Shown in pieces: positions 10,208 through 21,200 of a stretch of DNA of 64,000 bases (the first letter of the stretch is position 1; each line of letters begins with the position of its first letter). This DNA is from Giardia intestinalis (taxonomy: Eukaryota): assembly GCA_000002435.2 (NCBI GenBank), contig CM018793.1; one strand, written 5' to 3'. The notes below the pieces were generated by a model. It saw only the letters and a program-made list of their open reading frames with translations, was not told the origin of the DNA and made no database searches. A program made the translations under genes and the position numbers.

Positions 10208-11367
10208 GCAGCACTGAGACCAGGAGGCAGCAGCTCGTGCCGGCGCCAGTTGTCCCTCACAAGAGAAAGCGCCTCGTCCCTGGATAGGCTGCGCTCAGAC
10301 GCAAGAACCTCAATCGCGGTCGCCATTGACCTGTCCCAGTCGTCCTGGTCCTCGCGGTACCAGTCCGTCTCCAGAAGCAGGCACTCCTTGTCAGACTTCC
10401 GTATGCACGCCCGGGTGGCCTTGTTTGCCTCTGTGAAGTGGGACACGGAAAGGAGCACGCGTCCGTGGCATGTAGAGACGGCAGCCTGCAGCTTGCGGAA
10501 TGTCTCGTGGGTCCCGTTGTAGGAGTGCATTATAATGCTGCGATTGTAGCTGGCATACTTCCTGGCCATGGCCTCCAGCTGCTCCGTGAAGATAGGCCAG
10601 AGGCCAGGCTTACGAGAGATGATGTGGACGTTGCAGTCCCTGTTCATCTCGAAGGCCATCTCCAGCTGCGGGGAAAAGTAGCGGGTCTGTGTGTCCAGTG
10701 GAGAGTCAGCCAGCGCGGCCGGCCGAGTGTCCAGGCCTATCTCCCCCACAAACGCGGTCTGGTCCGCAGCCAGTCTTGCTCTGACTTCAGCCAGTGTCGC
10801 TGCAAGATCGGGGTGCATGTGCAGGTAGTACGGGTGCACTCCGTACCCGACTCGTACAGAGAGGGGATGGATCCTCCTGAACTCGGCAAGGTCTTCGAAC
10901 TGAGTCGGGTCTGTGGCGTTCAGGAGATAGACGTGGTCCGGCCTGAACCAGGTGCCGACAAACGCCGAACTGAAGTGGCAGTGAGCGTCAAGCATTTTAA
11001 GTGTCGCCCCTGGGGGCATCGGAGAGATCAGCGTGGGTCTGGAAGAACCGTCGGACGTCCTCAGCAGTAGCAGGGGCTCCTCGAGCTGGCCGCTCCGCTG
11101 GCGGTGGGCCTCGGACGACAGGTGTTGCACCAGGGCCAGGGAGTCCTTGAAGGCGAGATCGCACAGCGTGCACCTCAGACAACCGCTGGATGCACGCTTC
11201 CCGTCGTCGATGACGGTCTGGGTGCCAGAGAGGGCGACCAGCTGCGCATACCTCGACATGCGGACGGTGTCCGTGCGGTCAATTTTCGTTGGTCCATTCA
11301 CTCCTATATCTCCGGACGCTTCACCGCGCCAGGACCTAGAAGGGCTCTGGCGGTACGTATCCTTCAT
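10192..11367 (-). CDS. TatD-family metal-dependent hydrolase/DNase with an N-terminal C2H2 zinc finger
   Basis: TatD motifs appear in order: LDAHCH, GYGVHPYY, FVGEIGLD, the TQTRYFSPQLEMA...NVHIIS region, IIMHSYNG and LLLETDW. The N-terminal CTLCDLAFKDSLALVQHLSSEAH has CX2CX12HX6H spacing, the U1/JAZ type. It converges on the previous gene with a 16-bp overlap. Confidence 0.85.
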   Translation of the reverse strand: MKDTYRQSPSRSWRGEASGDIGVNGPTKIDRTDTVRMSRYAQLVALSGTQTVIDDGKRASSGCLRCTLCDLAFKDSLALVQHLSSEAHRQRSGQLEEPLLLLRTSDGSSRPTLISPMPPGATLKMLDAHCHFSSAFVGTWFRPDHVYLLNATDPTQFEDLAEFRRIHPLSVRVGYGVHPYYLHMHPDLAATLAEVRARLAADQTAFVGEIGLDTRPAALADSPLDTQTRYFSPQLEMAFEMNRDCNVHIISRKPGLWPIFTEQLEAMARKYASYNRSIIMHSYNGTHETFRKLQAAVSTCHGRVLLSVSHFTEANKATRACIRKSDKECLLLETDWYREDQDDWDRSMATAIEVLASERSLSRDEALSLVRDNWRRHELLPPGLSAAQLGM

Positions 11368-11561
11368 CTGTGCGTTTTTCTTCTCACTTATCTCCCTTAT
11401 ATCTTAGGGATACTTCTTTCTGGAGGACTTAGAAGCTACCAATAGGGCAGAGAAGTTAGAGGTTAAGGAAATGGAGGCAAAGCCATTGATGACTGATTTA
11501 TGACGTTGTTTGCACAGCAATTATCACAGGCTTAGGAGACATCCCCCTGTAAGTAGGAAAC

Positions 11562-12233
11562 TCACGAGACAATGAAGCTATTGATCCACGTACACAGGTC
11601 TTTCTGCTCGGCCAATGAACAAAAAATATCCGCTACGCTCACCCCTCCTGGAAATCTTTTCATCATATCATTAATCTCTTCGCCAAAAACGTCTATTTTA
11701 TCGGACACGTGTGTAAATAATAACTTATCATTTTTCGGAACTTTGATCTTCTTTTCGGCCTCTACCAGGGTTTCGTTGACTTCCTCTGAATTGGACACAA
11801 TATCCTGAAGCTGTTTCAGTGCTTGGTACTGACTATTACTAATGGCTTCGACTCTATTCTTGGCACTTTTTAGTTCGTCCCGCAGGCGGTGTAGCTCCAA
11901 GTCAAGCTCGTACGCGTACTTGTAGTGAGTAGCGAACGCTGCGATATGGCGGGATGTCTCTTCTGCAAATTCTCTGTAGAGCTGCTTAAGCTTTGAGAGC
12001 GCCATCTTGCTGGGCGGCCCCTCAGACGCCCTAGTTAATTGATCTGCGGCACCACTTGCCGAGTGAACCAGTCCTGGCTTCTGACCAAAGTTGAAAGCAG
12101 AGCTTGTTGTGTTCAACTGTGAGAGGCCTAGCTCACTCCCACTCAATGGAGCCACCCCGAATCCACCGGTAGACCCTCGAGATAGGTCCACCGCCGGTGC
12201 CAACGAGCCCCCGAATGAGAAGCCGCTCTGCAT
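11562..12233 (-). CDS. FG-repeat plus coiled-coil protein; candidate Nup62/Nsp1-family nucleoporin
   Basis: This is a 223-aa ORF. The N-terminal ~60 aa are G/S-rich with FSFG, GGFG and FNFG. The remainder is heptad-like (LKQLYREFAEE...LELHRLRDELKSAKNRVEAI...). Confidence 0.6.
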   Translation of the reverse strand: MQSGFSFGGSLAPAVDLSRGSTGGFGVAPLSGSELGLSQLNTTSSAFNFGQKPGLVHSASGAADQLTRASEGPPSKMALSKLKQLYREFAEETSRHIAAFATHYKYAYELDLELHRLRDELKSAKNRVEAISNSQYQALKQLQDIVSNSEEVNETLVEAEKKIKVPKNDKLLFTHVSDKIDVFGEEINDMMKRFPGGVSVADIFCSLAEQKDLCTWINSFIVS

Positions 12234-15200
12234 TAATAAAAATCTTTCGCGGAGAGCAGCTCGCTATGCTGGAGGTCTTCATCTCCGTTTTTGTTTTTCT
12301 TCGACATCACTCCTTTGATGCTAGCCCTGCTGTTTTACTAATGTCCATCTTTTGGGTTATTGCCGGTACCACACTACTGCTGAGCCCCCAGCTGGGTTCG
12401 CCTTATCTTCTAAGCCATTACATATATAACGTCATAATGTCTATGCTTTTGATAAAAGATGTTTACTTTTTTCCCAGCAAGGCGAGTGTACTGCTCCTTC
12501 TAATTCCTCTTTTAAATTTACTTCCATTATTTATGATAATCTTGATAAGATTTTTTACTCCACGTCCTCCTAACACCTTCATTTACATATTATGTTATTT
12601 AACGCAAATTTTTATGTTTCTGTGGCTAGAAGGCTGTGGGCCGTATGCGTTTTACAAGTTGTCCGGGTCGCTGGCCCTTTTGCTCAAGCGCATTGCGGAA
12701 GGTATCGCCACCAGGGGGTTTTTTCCTGCCATCTTTAGCACCGATTCTCTTGTACTAATCTACTATAGCGTGCTTACCGTGTTCCACTACCAAATCAATC
12801 TATCCTTTATGCATGCCCAGAACACTGCAGCCATAAGGGAAACAAAGCTGTTCTTTGCGCCCTCGTTCATTCCTCTGCAGCGGTTTCGTCTACTTTATCT
12901 CATTTCCTTGATCGTCCAGCAGTTCTTTGAAAACATAGTCTTTTCCATCTACTTTGTCTATTGCGCTCTGGTCTTTGTTAACGCTTATCTCATTGCTTCG
13001 CGCGGTTCGCTCTCCCATGTTCACAACGGTCCCTGGATAACCCTATCCCTTTCAACCTTCATTTTATTTTACAGCTGCTACAATATATTAATAACCATAT
13101 TTCCGTTGATCGTAGGTAAGGTCTCTAGATACAGTACTCTTTTAATGATTTGTCTACCAATCTCTTTGGCTGTTTCAGTCGGTGTGACTGTAACGCTCCT
13201 TGTGCTCGGAAAACGAATTAGGATAAACGTCATTAACGATCATAAGCGGATCAAGGTACGGCACTCTTCTAGCTTTCGTGGACGACACAGGTGCCTTACA
13301 ATCAGACTTCTGTCCACCATTCCGGCAAAGAATGTTAGCGTTAAGGTTCTGACTTCAGATGGCCATCATCCTGCCATGCAGAAGGACACTGCTGTTCTCC
13401 TGGATCCTACTGCAATCCAGAACTATACCCTTCATACTCCTCTCTCTAAATCTATGGTGATGATATTGGCGTTCTATTTTGACATTCATACAGTCGCTAG
13501 CTTTGTTTTACCAAATGACTACACGTTCACAACCGATGATATCAATAGCTTGGTGTACCTCATAAAGGATAGCAAGTCCACCAGGCGTCTGCCAGAAGAG
13601 CGCGTCAAGGAAAGACCAGGAGCACATCCCAATTCTATTGTTTCTTTACCACAGCTGCATAGCGACGCGAACAATCTAATCGGCTCCCCGCCCCTTACCA
13701 GCTCTATTGTGGATTCATCAAATATTGAGCGGCCACGTTCAGCCAGTGCTACCCACCGACATACCACTTTCCTACACCACGCCTTTTCAATTCCCGACAC
13801 TAGCCTCACCATGAATAGAGAGGCACTGGCGGTTGAGCACTTGGTGAGCTGCTCGACAGATGCACCAGCGCCCTGTTACAAGTCATCGAATGACGCTCTC
13901 ACTTATCCATCTAATAGCTCGTCCGAAGACTCGCCCAATTTGTATGGCATATCAGCTACACAAGGCGCTAACTGCCCGTTGCCAACTGGACATACATCCA
14001 AGGCTTCGACCACCCCTAAAACGGGCTGTGAGACACCAAAAGAGCTTCCCCTTACGCCAAATCAAAAGATTTTTAGGGATTTTCTGGGCACATTAGACCC
14101 TCAGAAAATCTTCACATATGTTGTACAAGCAGAGAACCTTCTAGAGGATTTCAGACTTTTCTATGAGAATATATATGCATCGCTGTTTCTTTCTTATTGC
14201 GCTGCGTCGCAAACTTTAGAGTCTATGACGTTACTGGACATTGAGGAATGCCTGCCTATCCCTCTTCTTTTACGCTATCTGCGTGCATGGAAGACGCCTA
14301 GTGACGCATATAACAGTATTATATACTACATTGATCAGTTAAAGAGCGTAGACGACTTGAAGCGGGAATACCAAGCAGCGCGAGCCACCCGTCGAGAACT
14401 TGAACATGCATCCACTGCCCCTAATGCAACGCGCAGCCTTACTCTCAAGCCCATTTTCGTGGAAGCAAGGAAAATACCATCTTTCACTTGTAGCAACTCG
14501 TGCACAAACTGCCCTCGGTGTAGGGTACACGCAGTCTGCAACCACTGTCATGCAAAAATAGCAATCCTTCTAAAATCCACATTTAACTTTGTTATGGGGA
14601 GAATGAAGACAGATAAACCGCCATCTAGAGGCTTCAATTGTCCAGATTGCAATCGGCCATGTTCGCTCAAGATTGTAGAGTCACTCTCAAAGAAACAGAA
14701 TAGGAAGATCCCCGGCACAACTCTGCACACCACATCTGTCAAGCCAAGGATACCTCAAAATTACACAACATTTCTAAACAAATTGACCCCTCTTGGGCGG
14801 CGCATTCAAACACCCACAGCCTACTCCAGAAAAAAGCTACCAGCCGTGGACTTCTTAAGCTTTGAGACTGTATCAGAGCAAACAGACGCAAACCTACCTC
14901 ACTCTCGCCAGCATTCAAAGCGCTTGTCGCGGGATGTTGTGCAGTTATTACTAAAGGCATTTATAAATGACATGGAAAACAGCATAAACGAAGAGACCCC
15001 CATGATATGCGAGTGGGCCACACAAAAGTATGCGTCCACTAATGCTACTGATCAGGCCAGTCTCGATGCAAAGCAGCGGCCAAACTCAAACACAGACTCT
15101 AAGATGTTTTCCCGAGATCAAAATATTGGACTTCTGCACAAGAGTTACTCCGTCATCTCTCCTCAGAACTTCAATGGATCAATCTACTTTTTATCGCCCG

Positions 15201-18200
15201 AGATATTTGCAGATGTCACCATATCCGAGGAATCGAAATCTTTCCTCTATAACTGTAGAAAGCAGAATTATCTCTTTACGATCTTCCTCCCAACAATTAC
15301 AAGCACATCAAGCACAACAGGCAACATCCATCGTTTAAGTTTTGCCTATGACAGAGCGGCAAGCCTCACTAGCCCCCTGAGAATTCTACGGATGAAGGTG
15401 CTAATCCACCTGGCTCGGATGCTTTTCCCTGTCCATCTGTATGTGGATAGTATTTACCCAATCCAGCTTGTCCCATGCTACAAGTTTTATACACTTGGAA
15501 GAAGCTATATAGAAAATGCCACAAACCGTGTTTCTATGATCTATAGTCCTGAATTTTTATTAAAAAGACAAAAGGACTCGGAGGTCCGTGTAATTAGTAA
15601 GAACACGAGCCTGAAGAAAAGCATACAAGCAATGTATCATCAAGAGCCTCTCTACCTATATTGTCTTGCTCAGAATGCTCTAACTATAAAGACACAAGAC
15701 AAAATGGATAGCTCTATTCTGCAGTTTGTTAACGTAGAGTATTTATTTATGCAGGCTGCATTTACTGGTATCAGTAGCTCCTATCTATCGTTCTTCTATC
15801 GCTTGTACTATACCAATAACGTCTCCTTTTTCACCCACTTGCTATCTCTCTCGAAACACTCCAGCGACGCCGATTTTCCAGTGGATCTGACAACGAAACT
15901 GGACAAGCACGGATCCAGCCTTTCTACTATTCCTGGGTCCATAGCTATCAATGGACTATCAATAGCTTTGAACTGCCACACCTTATCAGATCAAACGGCG
16001 GATGCCTACGCAGTGATTGATAGGTTGCTAGGTGGAATGTATTCGGTTCAAATACCGATCTATACTTGGCTGGAAATGGCAAAGATACGCCTCTCTACAT
16101 GCACTGTTTATTTGGAGCTTTTGCGCGGACTTAACTCTGACATATTTTCAAGATACGAGAGTGTGCCTGCAATCACCAGCAGCCACTCTGTCCCCATGGA
16201 AATGTCAAGCATACCAAGCATACCATCGGGTTTGGAACTGGATGCTGATGAGAAACGGACTCCATTGGTATTTGAACACGGCATTACAAACGCAGAAAGG
16301 CAGGACAAAACGCGTCTCAGACACGGGCACTCCTTTAATGTGTCTACACTTGAAGATTACCACCGTCTGCATGATGCCATTGCCGAGCTGCTCTCTGTAT
16401 GCCAAACCCTCCTGGATAAACAAGTGAGTGAGCTAGGATTTCCTAATGAATCACATGAGGTCCAGATGACAAGAATATTAGATGGTTGTAAGAGCTTTTT
16501 TAGGCATTACTATGTGTTCTCCACGCAGCACTTGCTTCACGTTGTCTTTGATCTTCCTGGTATAGTGAAGTACGCTCCTCGCAACACTCGTAGTAAGCCT
16601 ATTTATCGTTATCGCAACGGTATCCCAGAGCTCATTACTCACTCACGAAAGTATTCTAATCATCCGACTGATACCCTAGATGCAGCAAGCGCTGATACTG
16701 AAGAACTTGGGAGCGAGTCTAGCAGCGACTATCTGGAATCTCCCCCCTTGCGTCTGGAGCCTGACATTGAGGACAGTGGGTCCGATGTCCAGGACAATTC
16801 TACTGCCTTTGTGGCACACTCCCCGGCGCTAGCATTGGATGGCTTCAACAAGTTATTTATTCCGCAGCTCCCTCACATGGCGACCTCCTCCCACCCAAAA
16901 GCCTTAGTGATTTCCAAAAAGCAGATTGCGGCTAATTTATTTGCTATTTATGAGCATGTGATCCTAGAGAATGATATGTTGGAGACTATATTATTAAATA
17001 ATATTACCATCAACGGACTGCCATCAATTGACATCAATGGCATGCCCTTTTCTCTTCTATCTCTTTTGGGAAAGACCCCATCTCGGTGTGTCGATGGTTC
17101 CCCGACAAAAGACTCGAGCGATACCCCGCACGGGTGTACCCCTACCACGTCCATAGACGTAGCCAAATTGCAAGATTTACTGAGCTCACATGCACAAGCA
17201 CTAGCAAAAGAGAAATACATTGATAAGCTCATGCAGCATTTTAGCTCTCGATCTCTCTATGACAAGGTGGGCTCTGATCATTACTCGCAAATCTCCGCGC
17301 CTCGTCTGCGTCAAATTATTCTCTCTCTTATTACAGATAATGCAAGCGACTACCAGAGTAGTGCTTCGGGTTACGGTAACATGTCCTTGGATAATGCCCC
17401 GCCCTCGTCGAGCGTCTTGGATTCCGAGCCATGTGCTGGTGCGGCTCCGGCCCTCCCCAATGTATCGGCAACATTTAGCGCAACGTTTAGCACCAGTGCC
17501 AGCACAACCTATTCTCACGTAACAGAGGCCCAAAACACGTTTACTGAGCCCCTAGTTTCTGCTAAAGACTTCGCATTCTTGGGGCCAACAATGGCGAGTA
17601 ATGTAGATCGGTTTGGCATAAAGAGGAAAGCAGGCTACAAGTCCTCCAAGCTTTCAAGTTGGAAGTTCTCGCTTTCCTCATTAAACTCATCAAAGCTACT
17701 TCGTAGGTTTATCAGCAAAGGAAGCAAGAGCTCATCGCTGTCTCTTTTGGAACCGGAAAAAATCAAGCTCTTCTTAAAAGCAGGTTCCGCATATGTCCCA
17801 TTTGATTTTCCTCTTTCAGGCGGCTCAGTGTCATCTTCACTTGCAAGCGATCCTGTTAGCACGCAGCAGCTACTCCTTGCGATGATTGTGATGCTCAATT
17901 TACTTCACCTGTACTCCTCTTCTAACGTGCTCACAACTTATGAATATCGTGGCCGGCAGCTTCTAACTCTTCAGCAAAATCGCTTCATTGTGGACTCGAC
18001 TGGAGAGTATTATCCGGCAGCCTATAGACAAGAGCTAGAGCAATCCTATACCCTTAACTTTAATACTCAAAATCCAGACGACGCTGTCAAGAAGTTTATC
18101 TATTGCTTTGATGAATCCTTCACGGGACTGTTCCCAATCAAAAGCCCGATCCTGTGCAAGCGCTACCTTAACACAGACTTTGATCTGACGATACCTATTG

Positions 18201-21200
18201 ATGGTATGAAGTATATCCACGTGTCAGATTCCCCCAGTAACCTTCTAGCACCTACATCGCGCTCTAAGTGGCTTGAGAACTTAAAGCAGCCAGATTTCAA
18301 TACACCAATCAACGTTTATGAATGTATAGAAGCACAAGTATCAATGAACATGGGATTCTCGCTGATTAGATATAGACTGAGGTTTAGGAACTTGCTACTA
18401 TATAATAGTATTGTCTTCGACACTCTTATTCAGTTGCGGAATATAATTAGGGTAGATAGCACCTTGAGAGCAAAGATACATGCCTATAAGATGCTCCCTC
18501 GCTTAGGAATGTTCTCTAACCACTCTGATGTCCTGCTAAAGAGCTTCTTTGAGAAAATAATAAATATCCAGGACTCCATTCTTACATCAGATCCATCTGC
18601 ACTCCACATACCTCATGGTGGGGCCACCATGAAGGCCTCAATTGCTGACACGAGAAACAGCGCGCCCACACCCATGCTAATCCATCACTGTAAGCGCCTC
18701 CACGAGTGCCTAGATGTACTGTGCAGATATGAGCACATCCTTCAGAGTCTTTGGACCATGAGACTTACGCTGTTGCGCCACAGCTATGCAGAAGAGGACT
18801 TTCTTCTTCTGCTACAAAACGAGTGTCTCAGAGCCCTCTCCACAAGCTATGGGATTCCCAGTGAGTACTTCTTTGCGCTCTTTTCTAATATTATGAACTT
18901 GGACCCCGAGACGAAGCAGTGCTACATGTCCTCGTCCATAGAGCATGCGTTCCCGAAACATTATGCACTATTGTACCAATTACGATCCAGTAACCAAGAT
19001 GATAGGGAGGTTACTCTATCGTATCCACTATTGGATGAAAGCACATATGCCCGACAGCAAAACGTTATTCGTTACTTTTCGGCGATGGAGTATGACGCAA
19101 AGAGAATCGAGACGGCAAACAGAAAGTTCTTTATCACGATAGCAGAGCTGTTCGCATTAGGAAAAGATCCGCTCGGGCAGATAGAACATATCTTGGCAGC
19201 GTCACCCAGGGCCGCAGGAGCTTACATTCTCGGACCAACTTTTGATACCTTACAATTATTTAAAGGAACTATTGGGGTTGATGCGGCTTTTCCTCACTCC
19301 AATATCTCAATTGCAACAAAAGACCCTCTAGACAAAGCCGAGGAACCCAAGGATTTCGATGATCTTGCATATTCTAGCTCAGTCTTAACAGATGACCCAA
19401 CCAATAGCCTGTGTCCTTCGTCAGAGACGACCTTATCAATGACGCAAAATTCTCATCCTCCATTGGCCAAAACAACCGCCAAAGACGTGCAGCATTCTGA
19501 TTTTCAGAGTATCTTTCGCAAAGACAACTCCACAATATCAAATGTTAAGGATGACTCGTTCAATCGGAACAAACGTAGCTGTGGAAAACCAGATCTTAAT
19601 TCAGGAGCCTGTGCGCGCATACATACGCAACATTGGCGGATTGTAGCTTGTCTCTATACAAACAGCTCACTGATCCTGATAACGCTCTTTTACATTTTCC
19701 TTGTGTGCTACCTTCTCTTTATCTACTCATACTCCCTAACAAACCACGTAATAGCTAAGAGCTTGCTTCAGCAAGGCGGGCATATCTCAGGCATGATGGC
19801 GGCCCTCTCAGACTTGCAGACTGAGATAAACATGAATGTGGCCCTCCAGCAAACCAAGAATAATCCCTTTGAGATTCTTTCCAGCTATGCCGAACGGTTT
19901 AATGAAATTGCAAACAATGCTTATTCTGCCCACGTAATCACGGCTGCCATGTACAATGGTTTATCTATTAACGATGTTGTTCAAAGGGAGCTGGAGCTCT
20001 CTGCCTTCTGGCCACCCCCGATGTTATACTATTCTGGAGAGCAGATAATGAACGTAGAAGACTTGAATGTTAATAGTGGTCATCAAAATATCACTTGCAC
20101 AGTTACAATGGGTACCCTTTCCGACCAGTCTATTGCCACCTTGACGAACTCCAGGGACAAGTGGCCAGCGAACTTAAGCTATTTGAAATCGAAATTATTG
20201 CCACTTAAAAATCTAAAGTACCTTTTAAACTTTAAAGTTTGGACGCAGACAAGGGATTTTCTACAATTGCAACAATCAGATATAAAAGAGTACCTCGACA
20301 CTTACAATGAGTTTAGCATAGGACTATATGATGGGAGCTTCCGTAATTTTATCACTAACTACCCTGTTACAATCCCAATTACCTCATCTTATTCGATTGA
20401 GCAACCAGATGGCACACTAAAAGACCAACTCAATTCTCACAGTACTAATTATTTTGAAACTACTGATATACTCGTCAATAGGGTAGTGTGCATAGCTGCC
20501 TCTATGATATATATTTCTCAGCAAGCCTCTAGCTTTAATCCTCAATACATATCCTCCAAAGAGTCCTCAATGTTGACTCTTTATAGGCCAATGGCCAGCC
20601 TGATGTTGGAAACAGATTTCTTACAAACAACTTACCAGAGCATGTATGTTAATCTTCAAGAGATTATGATAAACACGTGGGCAATGTACTCTAGATACAC
20701 GCTTAACAGGCTGGTTCTTCTTGCATTTACATTTCTGGCAGTTGGACTTTTTATTCCCCTCTATTACTTAAGCTTTCAGAGAGTGCAGCGAAGGCTTTTG
20801 AAGGCAAAGCTTGACCGCGCCTGCACCCTTGCCAACATCCTCTCCTTACCAAAAGCTATATTAGAGAGCCTAATGGACAATTATGCTCAAGCCTCGATGA
20901 TCCCCTTCAAGCAATTCTTGTGGGGGAATAAGGGGTATTCGGCAACAGACATAGACTTGCCCAGAGAATACTACTCCGACATATACTCATATACTCAGAG
21001 CAAATCAGTGTACAATCAGACACACTTTAACTTGGCGGAGCTCACCATACATTCCTCCAAAGTCATTGAAAATAACGTGAAAATCAAGCAACACAACGAC
21101 CCCGACTGCAGCTTAAAATTTTATTCGCACACAGACGAGATCTCCCTTATTCTTCGCCTTGTTGCTATCTACGACAATTTAAGCAATAGCAAGATGCACA

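Noticed and set aside
10438-11445. Plus-strand ORFs of 113-210 aa opposite the TatD gene
   Set aside because: They lie antisense to a gene with a complete TatD motif set. They are a by-product of the locally high GC content.
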